Of a DNA stretch of 64,000 nucleotides, positions 48,376 to 59,860 are shown piece by piece. Position 1 is the first letter of the stretch. The number at the start of each line of letters is the position of its first letter. Under the pieces are notes generated by a model that saw nothing but the letters and a program-made list of their open reading frames with translations, was not told where the DNA came from and made no database searches. The position numbers and the translations under genes are program-made. Source of the stretch: Macrostomum lignano (lineage: Eukaryota); assembly GCA_002269645.1 (NCBI GenBank), contig NIVC01001293.1, positions 62,001-126,000 of the forward strand, written 5' to 3'.

Positions 48376-49308
48376 ATGGCGTCGCAGCTTGGACCGCTGG
48401 TCCTTACAGAAGCAGAACGAGCATCGACGTGGCTCACCGCGTTTCGCGCACTAGCTCGCGCGAAAGGCTGGTCTGATGAAGACAACAAACGACAGATTGC
48501 CGACAACTTTATTGCTACCTGTGGTCTGCAAACTCTGGAAAAGCTGGGCCTATTAATCGCACCAAAGGAGGTGGACACAGTCAACTTTGCCACGATGGAA
48601 GACGCTATAGCAGCATATCTGAAACCGAAGTCCAAGTTGATTCTAGCTGAGCAGACTCGCTTTTACACTCTCCGCCAAGCTCATGGAGAGAAACTGCCTG
48701 ATTTCCTGGCGCGTTTGCGACAGGCCGCTCGGCACTGCAATTTCGATGCACTGAAGAATGCCAAGAGTCCAGAGGATGAAATGCTCCGCCTAGCTCTCAT
48801 CGCTGGAATGAGCTGCGCTCAGACCCAGCAGCGTGTACTCGAGTCCATGCAACTCAAAGATCTCTCAATCACCGAAATCCTCGATCTTGTCGCTCAGCTT
48901 GACCAGGTTAAGGAGTTTGTATCAACCCAATCGAGCGTCAATTCTGCTCAACATGCGCATCAAAATTCAGTCGGAGAAGAGCCTCAAGAAATGCATCATA
49001 ACGATCATCGTGAAGCCACCGCACGCACCAGAAGACGGGATGCGGTACGCACGGATCGCGCATGTCGATATTGTGGACGCCAGCATGCACCAGGAAAATG
49101 CCCAGCCTATGGAAAAACGTGTGCGAAATGCTCTAAGCTGAATCACTTCGCTGCCATCTGTCGGTCATCTTCGGCTATCCATACGGTTCAGGCTGAGAGC
49201 CTCCCTGCCCCTTCGCAGGGGCAGTCTAGCGGCGAAATTCTTCACCTCGAAACCACCGACTCGATCCACTCAATGGAAGAAGCCATGCAAAAAGCAAATC
49301 ATCGTTAA
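48376..49308 (+). CDS. gag: Retrotransposon Gag with two zinc knuckles
   Basis: CRYCGRQHAPGKC and CAKCSKLNHFAAIC; capsid-like RFYTLRQAHGEKLPDFLARLRQAARHCNF. Confidence 0.9.
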   Translation: MASQLGPLVLTEAERASTWLTAFRALARAKGWSDEDNKRQIADNFIATCGLQTLEKLGLLIAPKEVDTVNFATMEDAIAAYLKPKSKLILAEQTRFYTLRQAHGEKLPDFLARLRQAARHCNFDALKNAKSPEDEMLRLALIAGMSCAQTQQRVLESMQLKDLSITEILDLVAQLDQVKEFVSTQSSVNSAQHAHQNSVGEEPQEMHHNDHREATARTRRRDAVRTDRACRYCGRQHAPGKCPAYGKTCAKCSKLNHFAAICRSSSAIHTVQAESLPAPSQGQSSGEILHLETTDSIHSMEEAMQKANHR

Positions 49309-52200
49309 TGGAATATCGATTCCAATGCAACTGGACACGGGCGCGGCAATCAGTGTGCTGTCTTCAAAACTCTGGGAGCGCCTCGACCGCCCGGCGCTGC
49401 TTCGCTGCCAGCGCCGCCTGCAAGCCTATGACGGGCATGAGATGCAAGTGCTGGGACAGTTGTCAACCGCCATCGAATATCGCGGGCGGCTGCACCCGGT
49501 GGATCTGATTGTGGTTCAAGCCTCGAAGGTATTTGGCTTGCTTGGACGGGACCTTATTCATGCTGACCAAGTGTTCAGCACCTCTGCAGCGTGTCAGCCC
49601 AATCTAGCACCAGTGCCACCACCGACGCGTCTACCCACAATCAAGGGTGTGAAGGCAACTATGCAACTAGTTGATGGCGCTCAGTCCAGATTCTGCCGGG
49701 CCCGCCCAGTCCCCATTGCTATGGAGGCTGCGGTAAATTCCGAGCTGGAGAGATTGCAAGCTCTAGGCGTCATCGAACCTATTGAGGGCCCGGTGAGTAA
49801 CGCTTCGCCTGTTGTTTGGGTGAAAAAAAGGATGGGTCGCTCAGAATGTGCGCTGACTACAGCGTCCACGTCAACGCCCAGATAAAATCTGACGCGTACC
49901 CCATCCCGAACGTTGAGTGCCTATTCGCAAAACTTAAGAATGCGAAGGAATTTGCCTCCATCGATTTGCGATCTGCTTACTGGCAAATCGAGCTCGACGA
50001 GAATGCTCAGGACCTGTCCACTATCAACACGTCAAAGGGCTTGTTTCGAGTCAACCGCCTTCAAATGGGCATGAAAAATTCATCCTTCATTTTCCAACGA
50101 GCCATGGAAAACATCCTTCATGACCTTAAGGGCGTGCTCGTTTACCAGGACGATGTGCTTATTTTTGCCGATAACTCATCCTCACTCAGCAAACGGCTGC
50201 AGGCCGTGAAGACCAGACTGCGCGAAAAGAATGTCACTATCAACGAGGATAAATGCACTGCGGAGTGTGACGAAATATCGTTTCTAGGTTTTCGAGTCTC
50301 TGCTTCTGGAATTCGACCGGACGAGAGACTCGTCAAAAAGATCTTGGACATAGCCACGCCTTCAAACCGCAAGAAACTGGAGCAGTTTCTCGGTCTAGTT
50401 AATTTCTTTGGCCGGCTGGTCCCAAACTTTACAGGCAAAACGAAGTGCCTGCATAGCCTCCGGCGTGATGACGCCACATTTGTTTGGTCAGCCGAGTGCG
50501 ATAGAGCGTTTATAGCATTAAAAAAGGAAATCTCGTCGGCACCCGTGGTCCAGCCATACTCGCTGGAGAAGGAGTTATCGCTCACAACTGATGCTTCCAA
50601 AGGTGCACTTGCCGGCGTCGTCACGCAAGACGGTCACCCAGTAATCTTCATATCGCGTTGTTTGTCCAGCGCTGAAAAGAACTATTCGAACATCGAACGG
50701 GAAGCGCTGGCCATATTCTGGGCCGTCAATCGCCTCAAGCATTATCTCATGGGCCGAAAATTCACCATACAGACAGATCACCAACCTCTGATTCGTTTGT
50801 TTGGCCAGTCGCGTCGCGTGCCCACCAACACATCTGTTCGCATCTCGAGATGGGCACTTGCAATGATGCACTATGACTACGAAATTCAATACACGCCAGG
50901 GTCCAAAATACCTCACGCAGACGCTGTGTCTCGTTTACGATTTACTAACCCATCGGCAGACACGGCGGAGCTGTCCGATGCTATAAACTGCGTCGCGTTT
51001 GAGACGCCCATGGTACCACAGCACCGCATCCTAGCAGAATTGGAAATGGATCCAGTTATTCAGAGCGTAATTAATCGTGTTAAAACTGGTAGGTGGACGG
51101 GCTGCTCTTAGGCGGAAAGACCCTTCGCTAAGGTTTCTGACAGCCTCACCATTGAAGGTGGCCTGCTTTTTCATGGACGCCGCATATTTATTCCGTCACG
51201 TCTGAGAGCCGAGGCATTCCGCACTGCACACACCACCCACTCAGGCTACATCTCCGCCTACAATTACATGGCCTTGTCCTGCTGGTGGCCAGGAATGCGC
51301 GCAGATGTCGAACGCTTCGTCCGTAACTGTCCGACCTGCAATCAGTTGCGACCAAGATTATCACAAGAACGACACGCATGGCCATCTGCGAGTACGCTTT
51401 CCAAAAACTGCAAATGGATTGGGCCTTTGTACAACGCGCGGGAAACATATTAATAATCGTCGATACTTTCTCAGGATGGATTGAAGCGTTTCCATGTAAG
51501 GACCGCTCTTCAAAATCTGTAATCTCATCGCTTCGGACCGTATTCACCCGTTTCGGAATCCCTGAGTTGCTGGTCTCCGACAATGCTCCAGAATTTACTA
51601 GCGACCAAATGCGCCTCTGGCTGAAGGCAAATGGGGTTCGCAAACTCGAATCGCAAACATATTACCCCCAGGCTAATGGAGCCGCCGAACGGGCCGTGCA
51701 AACTGTCAAGCGCGCCCTGCGTGCCTGGGATGATCGCATAACCCACGCAGAGTTCACTCCGTTTTTGCAGAGAGTTCTGCTGCACCACCGAGTTTCGTCG
51801 CACACTCGTGGAAAGAGCCCGGCCGAGTTGGTCTTCGGTCGGCCAATCCGAGTCCCTGTGGTCTCGCCATTCCAGCAAGGTGAGAGCGTGCTGTATCAGT
51901 TGACCAACGATTAGCTACCTAAACGTGTAGAGTACGTCATGCACCAAGGCCGCAACACCGCTTGGATTTGCGATGGAGATAACTTGCGTCTCGCCAGTAC
52001 CAACCAGCTAGCACCAGACCCGAACCAGGATCCGGAGGAGGATGCCGCTGATAACTCTGGGAATGCCACAGATGCAGACCCGGAAACGCAGCCTGAAAGC
52101 ACAACCGGCCGTCAGGAAGACCCGGTGGCCCCTGCTGAGTCTTCAGGCGCATCCCCACGTCGAACCAATCGCCGGCGGCGGGCCCCCGACCGCTTTGTTC
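49290..52200 (+). pseudogene. pol: Pol (protease, RT, RNase H, integrase), interrupted by three 1-nt indels and two TAG stops
   Basis: LDTGA; LRMCADY, IDLRSAYWQI, YQDD; TDASK, YSNIEREALAI, TDHQPL; HHCC zinc finger, LVSDNAPEF, PQANGAAERAVQTVK; C-terminal RRRAPDRF. Lesions near 49289-49293, 49823-49829, 51109, ~51397 and 51912. Confidence 0.9.
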
Positions 52201-52327
52201 CGTTAATATCCACCGCTCTGGCTTTTAATCTTATACTAATGTGCCTGCTCATCTTCAATCTTAAGCACTGAAATACATTCGCTTTGACGGCTTTGCCGAT
52301 AGAGCTAATCCGTTGTTCCGGTCACCA

Positions 52328-52503
52328 ATTCAACAGGCAATCATGCTCAGCTTATAACTCGCTCCAGCTCCGAAAGCTTCAAAAAATGTTAGAAAACAAA
52401 CGCTAATTTTGCTACTGAAAGTAGAATTGTACATTTCTGCGAGTATTCTCTAGTGTATATGTAATCTGCTGGCCTAGAATTTCCCTGTATTAGCCTAGCA
52501 CAA
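52328..52503 (+). repeat. Right copy of the 176-bp direct repeat flanking the gypsy element
   Basis: Identical to 47986-48161. Confidence 0.95.
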
Positions 52504-53060
52504 CTACTATAAGTAAGCTCTACAGTCCTGTGTCGGTAAAAAAGGAGTTTCCATTAGCCAATAATTGCACAGAAAATTCCCATTACCAATCTAACAAATT
52601 GCACAAATTAGATTCCACGATTGCCGAATACATTACCCAGAAACCTTGGAAAATTGATGCAAAAATGCAAATTGAAGCAACTCGGCTCACTTGAACTTGA
52701 GTCAGGACTGCGCTGTAACTAATAAAGACAGCTAGTGAACTACAATAACTCGATTAGTTTATTTTAGAGCAGAACAGAACAGGAAGACCAGCACATACAC
52801 TGTGCCCGTACTTACAGTTTAGAATTATGGCGCTTACCAAATCTTTGTATAGCTTCAGCTCTACTCAAATCATTTTGTTACCCATAGCCTAGACTAGCAA
52901 TTCACTTTCATGTGTAATAAACCACTGAAACGAGGAGATACTCTATGCAGAGTCGTAATTAGCTAGGCTAGTAATCCATTTTCAATGTGCTTAGTCTAGA
53001 TCACAGATACTAAAATATCCAGATGGGCCACTCAAGGCATAAATATTTAGTAAAAGCTTT

Positions 53061-53369
53061 CTACTTTCAGTTCAGTAGCAAAGAAGAATATACAAGCTAT
53101 TTTATAAAAATAAAGGCAGCTGAAATGAATTATAAGTTTCGAAGCCTAAAATCTTGGGAGGCGTAAACAACTTGCTAATTGGTTCAGCAATGATGTACAT
53201 TGGCCAGGGCACTGAAATGTACATGGCAGCTTTTAGGCTGGAAGCTTTAGGGAGCTTGTGTGGAAAGGCGCAGTTGGAGGGTCTGAGGGGGGTAAGAGCC
53301 AATAAATGAGCCTTGGCTTTAAAATGCATAAAAATGCTTCGGTTTAACTTAATACTGAACTGAAAGTAG
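53061..53369. mobile_element. Possible small MITE bounded by a perfect 17-bp inverted repeat
   Basis: CTACTTTCAGTTCAGTA (53061-53077) and TACTGAACTGAAAGTAG (53353-53369). No TSD found. Confidence 0.35.
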
Positions 53370-53786
53370 CTTACACGCAAATGTGCTAAGTGGCCCACCT
53401 ATTTGTGGTCTAGACGCAGCTAAACAATATTTGGGTAAATTAAAATCAACAGTAAAGGGGCAAATTTTGTAAAACCATATAAAACAGAAATATATGCCAA
53501 TCAAATAAGAAACATGTACTAAAGTTTGCTAAAACATGAGTATAAGTAAAACAACAACAGCATAAAATGATTAATATATGAGAGACGATGTAAAAAACAG
53601 AAAAAAATAATGGTGAATTAAGTCGGTACAGTAAATATACCCACGCTATTTTGCTAGAGTACTTGAAAATGCTAGTAGAAAATTCTGATTCCGATATAAA
53701 AATTGAGAAATTTTATATTGAAAAATAATGATTGATTAAAACTAGCAAAGGTAACATGGTAAGACTAAAAGTAATCGCATTCAGAA

Positions 53787-54900
53787 ATCGGACTCTTTGG
53801 GATTGAGGATCGGGACTCTTGGGGATTGAGGATCGGGACTCTTGGAGATTGAGGATCGGGACTCTTGGAGATTGAGGATCGGGACTCTTGGAGATTGAGG
53901 ATCGGGACTCTTGGAGATTGAGGATCGGGACTCTTGGAGATTGAGGATCGGGACTCTTGGGGATTGAGGATCGGGACTCTTGGGGATTGAGGATCGGGAC
54001 TCTTAGGGATTGAGGATCGGGACTCTTGGAGATTGAGGATCGGGACTCTTGGGGATTGAGGATCGGGACTCTTGGGGATTGAGGATCGGGACTCTTGGGG
54101 ATTGAGGATCGGGACTCTTGGGGATTGAGGATCGGGACTCTTGGGTATTGAGGATCGGAACTCTTTGGGATTGAGGATCGGGACTCTTTGGGATTGAGGA
54201 TAGGGACTCTTGGAGAATGAGGATCGGGACTCTTGGAGATTGAGGATCGGGACTCTTGGAGATTGAGGATCGGGACTCTTGGAGATTGAGGATCGGGACT
54301 CTTGGAGATTGAGGATCGGGACTCTTGGGGATTGAGGATCGGGACTCTTGGGGATTGAGGATCGGGACTCTTAGGGATTGAGGATCGGGACTCTTGGAGA
54401 TTGAGGATCGGGACTCTTGGGGATTGAGGATCGGGACTCTTGGGGATTGAGGATCGGGACTCTTGGGGATTGAGGATCGGGACTCTTGGGGATTGAGGAT
54501 CGGGACTCTTGGGTATTGAGGATCGGAACTCTTTGGGATTGAGGATCGGGACTCTTGGGGATTGAGGATCGGGACTCTTTGGGATTGAGGATCGGGACTC
54601 TTGGGGATTGAGGATCGGGACTCTTGGGGATTGAGGATCGGGACTCTTGGGGATTGAGGATCGAGACTCTTGGAGATTGAGGATCGGGACTCTTGGGGAT
54701 TGAGGATCGGGATTCTTTGGGATTGAGGATCGGGACTCTTGGGGATTGAGGATCGGGACTCTTGGGGATTGAGGATCGGGACTCTTTGGGATTGAGGATC
54801 GGGACTCTTGGGGATTGAGGATCGGGACTCTTTGGGATTGAGGATCGGGACTCTTGGGGATTGAGGATCGGGACTATTGGAGATTAAGGATCGGGACTCG
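53787..54900 (+). repeat. 23-bp minisatellite (GATTGAGGATCGGGACTCTTGG[A/G])n
   Basis: About 48 units; the ORF track shows the matching 23-aa periodicity. Confidence 0.97.
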
Positions 54901-55189
54901 GGACTCAACACCTGAAGATGACTAGTACATGTAAAACAGGAGAAATGTATTTCACTGACGTGATCAGACGCAGACATCAACTCAGAGTGAAGAGACAAAT
55001 TCAACAAACAATTGTAAAACTTGATTGCACATTTAACGATTAGTTAAAAAAAGTATAATTGTAAAAATATGAATTATAGCATGCAATTACTGTATAGTTT
55101 GATTATCAAACGCATGTACAACAACAGATTAAAAAGAAGACAAACCTCACATTTTAAAATGCGCAATCATTGATTGGGACTTGTAGACT

Positions 55190-55545
55190 GGGGAATCGGG
55201 ACTCCTAATTCCTAGAATCGGGACACTAATTCCTAGAATCGGGACTCCTAGTTACTAGAATCGGGACTCTAATTACTAGAATCGGGACTCTAATTCAAAA
55301 TTGGGACTCCTAAATTCATAGAATCGGGACTCCGAATTCATAGAATCGGGACTCCGAATTCATAGAATCGGGACTCCGAATTCATAGAATCGGGACTCCT
55401 AATTCAGAATTGGGACTCCTAAAGTCATAGAATCGGGACTCCGAATTCATAGAATCGGGACTCCTAATTCATAGAATCGGGACTCCTAATTCATAGAATC
55501 GGGACTCCTAATTCAGAATTGGGACTCCTAAATTCCTAGAATCGT
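55190..55545 (+). repeat. ~22-bp minisatellite (TAGAATCGGGACTCCTAATTCA)n
   Basis: Tandem units sharing the GGGACTC core with neighbouring arrays. Confidence 0.92.
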
Positions 55546-55738
55546 GAATCCTAATTTATGGCTAATAAAACAAGGAAACATTTAGCTATGTATAAAAATA
55601 GATTTGAATTTTATTAGTAGCAATTAATGTAGAATGAACAGGTTGTCCCAACAATCAGACAGTTACAGATGCTACAGAAACGCAATTTCTAGGAATAGCG
55701 GCAAGCATAGGGGGCCAGCAGTTGATGCAGTATCATTG

Positions 55739-56496
55739 CTAAACAGCTGGAGCTGCCAGACCGCTCTGCTGCACCTGCTGGTGCCTGTCATCTTCAAGCA
55801 GGTCGATCTCCCAGTCCCGGTCAGTGTCGGCGGGGTCAAACTGGTACAGCGGCATGAGTCGATGACGCAATTTGTCTAAGCGAAACTTTCTGATGCACAA
55901 AATCGCCTGTTATAGAAGCAAATGGGTTACTATAAGCAGGTAAATCGAACATGAAAAAAAATTAGTTATCTGTGTGCTCAGAACAACTGCCGTGTTTAAT
56001 TGCAGTCTTTTAATTACAGTTAAGTTCTACAAGTGTTCAAGCTTTTTAACTCAAAATTCTTTGACTCAAAGGCTGAGGACCGGGACACCCAAGGTTGAGG
56101 ATTGGGACTCCAAGGCTGAGGATTGGGACTCCAAGGCTGAGGATTGGGACTCCAAGGCTGAGGATTGGGACTCCAAGGCTGAGGATTGGGACTCCAAGGC
56201 TGAGGATTGGGACTCGAAGGCTGAAGCTTGAGGTCTCCTGTAACTAACTGTTTTAAACAACCAATATTTAGTGCTCAACATACCATAAATATCAAAAGTA
56301 CAACTGCACTCAATGCCAAAATTGGTAGAACAATATAAATGATGAAATGTAGCATTCCAAAGCTGGGCTTGTGACCTTGGATCTGACCAGGCAAAGCTGT
56401 ACTAGTTAGTGGGTGTGTTGTATCTTGAAATAGATTGCCAATTGTTGACAAACTGGTATTAAGTAAAAACTTATTAGATTGATAATTAGCTTCCAT
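55739..56496 (-). CDS. C3orf18/SMIM29-like single-pass small membrane protein, 126 aa. Exons 56496-56284 and 55906-55739
   Basis: A hydrophobic segment (FIIYIVLPILALSAVVLLIFM|AILCI) is followed by RKFRLDKLRHRLMPLYQFDP...WEIDLL, matching the family signature RL.KLRH.LMP.Y.FDP. Donor ATG|GTATGT and acceptor AACAG|GCG, phase 0. Confidence 0.82.
56072..56225. repeat. 21-bp minisatellite (GGCTGAGGATTGGGACTCCAA)n in the C3orf18-like intron
   Basis: Period 21 (56101/56122). Confidence 0.95.
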
Positions 56497-56799
56497 GGTA
56501 TATCAGAACTAAGCACAATTAAGTTCAATAATATGAGGCAGTGCTTATAATTACTCGTTTTTCTAATAAGTCAAGTTCGTGCGAAACGCTAAGAATTAGA
56601 AACATTTTGTTATACTGTACGAATAAATCGGCGAATTATTTTTTGTTTAAATGCGCGGAAAAAATTTTGCTATATATACGAGCGATTTTGCCTCAAATAA
56701 ATCCGACCCGTTCCAGAGCGAAAAGCCTCTAATAGTGGTTCAAATATAAATACTCAGAATTCGAAATTGTCAATTATTTCAAAGCTTGGTTTGAGAACG

Positions 56800-57132
56800 A
56801 GCACGAAAGAGATTGTAGGAAGAGAGAATTAAGAGACTATTCAAAAGAGATACTAAGAGTTGCTCCGTGACCCTCTAGTCTCGGTAAACGCCCGATAAGG
56901 ACTATTCATTAATACATATACCAGTACTAGACCGCTCAGGCCATAAGCTACCAGAATGCTACCAGAAACGCTACCAGAAACGCTGCCCAGAAATATTTAA
57001 TTGAAATTCTAAGAAATAGTTAGGAGTTTAGAAAGACAGAGGTAAAAGACCTGTCACAGCTGGTGGCAAATCAGTGGGATTATTTCAGTGAGAGCGCCCA
57101 CCCCTACGACAACTTGGTGGCAATAGTGGGAT
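56800..57132 (+). mobile_element. Decayed LTR end(s) followed by two degenerate tRNA-Leu-type primer-binding sites
   Basis: ...GTCACA-gc-TGGTGGCAAATCAGTGGGAT (57061) and ...ACGACA-act-TGGTGGCAATAGTGGGAT (57115) resemble the tRNA-Leu PBS TGGTGGCAGCGGTGGGAT. The left boundary is approximate. Confidence 0.5.
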
Positions 57133-57875
57133 ATTATTAAGAAGGAAGTAAGCACTACGACAAATAGCTGAAGCTGAAATTAAAAAGGTAGTAAATGTTA
57201 GTTTTTTCCTAATATTTTATTATTCATTATTAAACTTAGATAAATAAATATACTTGTTAAAAAATCTATTATTTAACAATTTATGAAATATGATTTTTTT
57301 ATTAAATATCTTTAATAGAAATAAACACATTGGGTAAAGAGCTAACATAAAATTGTTATTGAGGCAACACTTATTTGTGTTATATGTTACCTGTAAAGTG
57401 TAAAGTAAGAAGTTAAATCTGCAGGCCTATGAGACACTAGAAGAGGTTTTCATTGTTTAAGTATATGAATAAATTGATTGATTATTTTTGTTATAAATGT
57501 ACATGCAATTTTTTTTTCAAAATAGACAACTAGTCTATCATCTATTGGTTCAATATACAACTATTTGGATATTTAGAAATAGCTTTAGGATTTTAAATTG
57601 GGTTAATTTTTTAGCAGAGCCAATGCCTAAGCAAGGGTTGAAGAGTTTTTGCAAAGGAGTGGGAAATTATATGCAAAAGGTTTATAATAAACAAAAAAGC
57701 TAGGCCTACAACCTTTCAATCTTAATAATTCCTAGATTAGAAGTAAAAAATAGGCCTAGAATGCAACCAGACTACATTATCAATAGAAAGGCTATGAGAA
57801 TTGCTATTAAAAATGTGTTATAATTAAACTAAGGCATTAACACTAGGCTTATTAATTCCTAGAAATAAATATATA

Positions 57876-58535
57876 CAAGGGCTATCCAAAAAATAGTGTT
57901 ACTTTTCACTATATCTCTTGTTCTGCTGATCCAAATAACATCATTTTGCACAGATTTATAGCAGCAACTTTCTTCTTTATGTTAACTTTAATATCATTAA
58001 AAACAGACAACGGAAACAAAAGTTATAAACTAAAATGTAGCAGGACCTCGACTATAGACTTACTTTTAAAGCAACAAAATATTTCAAATTGGGCTTCAAC
58101 TATATTGCTATTTGTTCCCTCTTTTTGCTGCACTAAAATTCCTAGATGTGCATTCAAGTGTTGCTCAAAGGAGTGTGATATACACCCTTTGGGGGACAGG
58201 GTACAATTGAGCCAAGATTCATGCTCAACTTTCATTGGCTCATGGGTCTATTGCAGTCATTTATTGCAGTCATTTTGCAACATTCACTGCGGCTAGTTAC
58301 CCATTTGTCAGCTACCACTTTTGATTTTTTTTAACTTGCTTACTTACTATAAAAGTATTGTTGAGGTCTTGCTATATTTTAGTTTACAACTTTTGTTTCC
58401 ATTGTCTGTTTTAATGATACTAAAGTTAATATAAAGAAGAGAGTTGCTGCTATAAATCTGTGCAAAATGATATTATTTGGATCAGCAAAACAAGAGATAT
58501 AGTGAAAAGTAACACTACTTTTTTGACAGCCCTCA
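57876..58535. mobile_element. Tc1/mariner-type non-autonomous element with ~180-bp TIRs and TA TSD
   Basis: 57876-~58050 is the reverse complement of ~58362-58535. Termini derive from TA|CGAGGGCT; TA at 57874-57875 and 58536-58537. Confidence 0.8.
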
Positions 58536-58899
58536 TAATTGTTAGAGGGCCTATTAAAGAGGCCCATTGGCATTCAAACATTAGTAAGTAATACTGGCAT
58601 TAATGGGATGCCTAAATTCATAAAATAGGAAAAATGCCTATTATATTATATTATCATAGAACACTAATATATAGTCATAGAGAAATAAATGTATGCAACT
58701 TTGGTTCTACGCAGTAAAAATGGCATCAAATACCAAGTTGACATATATAGTACATTTCAATGTATTTTATCAAATATAATAGGCCTATTAATAGTAGGAA
58801 TACCAAGCCATTTTTCTACTCATTGAACTACCAAGAGCGAAAGGGAGAATTTTCCCTTTCCCCTTGACAATTTTTTGTACTGGAACAAAGCAGTGTAGG

Positions 58900-59100
58900 C
58901 ACACAAAATTTAAGAACACAGGTTAACTTTTTGTTGCATACCTTTTCAAACAAGAATCAAGTTGCCAGCCCTGCAGAATGGCAAGATATTTGACAATTCT
59001 GCTAGAAGGTTGGATTATTCCCATAAGTGCCAGTATATTCAATATCCCTATGCACCAATTAGCACTATGCCTTAAAGCAACCTTGCCAAGTCTTCAAATT
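58900..59100 (-). pseudogene. Possible highly decayed hAT transposase C-terminal dimerisation-domain remnant
   Basis: The minus strand gives SRIVKYLAI and, in an adjacent frame, FCRAGNLI, resembling L..+A.KYLAIP...FSRAG. Short and stop-ridden. Confidence 0.3.
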
Positions 59101-59860
59101 TGATCAGCATGTTGACCACATGTTTCTACATCAGCTTTGACTTTTTTGGTTACTAGCCTTCACCTAGGCAAGCTTCTAGACCTTCAATAGATGATACCAG
59201 GTGACTATGGATACTTTGATACAACTTTTGCAAGTTTTGCTGATTAAGCCTTAATAGTGGGCAAGCCTTAATAGCTAAGTATCTTTAGCTAGTCTCTCTA
59301 GTATTCCGTCTCATTACCTAGATATCATCAGAACCTTTAACAGATTGTACCAGTTGACTATAAATGGCTTACCCTAATGTAAATTTCTTTGATGTCGCTG
59401 ACCAAGCATCAATAATAGGCAAACTTTAACTTCTAGTCATTTTCAGCTAGACTCTCAAACAGTCTAATATTATCCAACATGATTATATAAACATGATGAC
59501 AGTTTATTAATTAAACTGTAAATTAAACTGAAAGTTTGTAAAATAAAAAAGTTATTAGAACTTATCCAATTTCTTGTGTGAAATAAAGATCAAGTTACAA
59601 TATGTTAAATATTTTAAAATTTACTTGAATTGCTAGGCCTAACAATCTAAAACTATTTCTTTTAGTTGTCCATAGGCCTAATTGTAGTTTTATCTCTTTT
59701 AAGGTGCCAACGATGGCTAAATGATGACCAAATGCTTGAAAAACTAGTTGATCAGCACTAGGATTGAAAAATAGGATACCTAGCAGTTGAGGCTTGCTAA
59801 CTATTAAGCCTAAGGCTAAGGCTTGATCAGCAAAACTAGAGAAAGTCACATCAAAATGTT

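Larger units (their letters stand above)
48162..52327 (+). mobile_element. Ty3/gypsy LTR retrotransposon (Mag-like). 5' LTR 48162-~48375 (TG...CA); 3' LTR reduced to its distal part, 52201-52327
   Basis: Domain order gag-PR-RT-RNaseH-IN. The 5' LTR segment 48249-48373 recurs at 52201-52327 with one 2-nt indel. A TGG-initiated PBS-like sequence at 48377 overlaps the gag ATG. Confidence 0.95.

Noticed and set aside
47984-52503. DIRS/Ngaro element with split direct repeats
   Set aside because: The element encodes a protease and a DDE integrase in gypsy order, with no tyrosine recombinase. The A-LTR...LTR-A order does not match Ngaro repeats.
26069-56281. Repetitive ORFs such as [42 protein letters not shown] and EDWDSKA
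   Set aside because: All are translations of intronic or flanking minisatellites.
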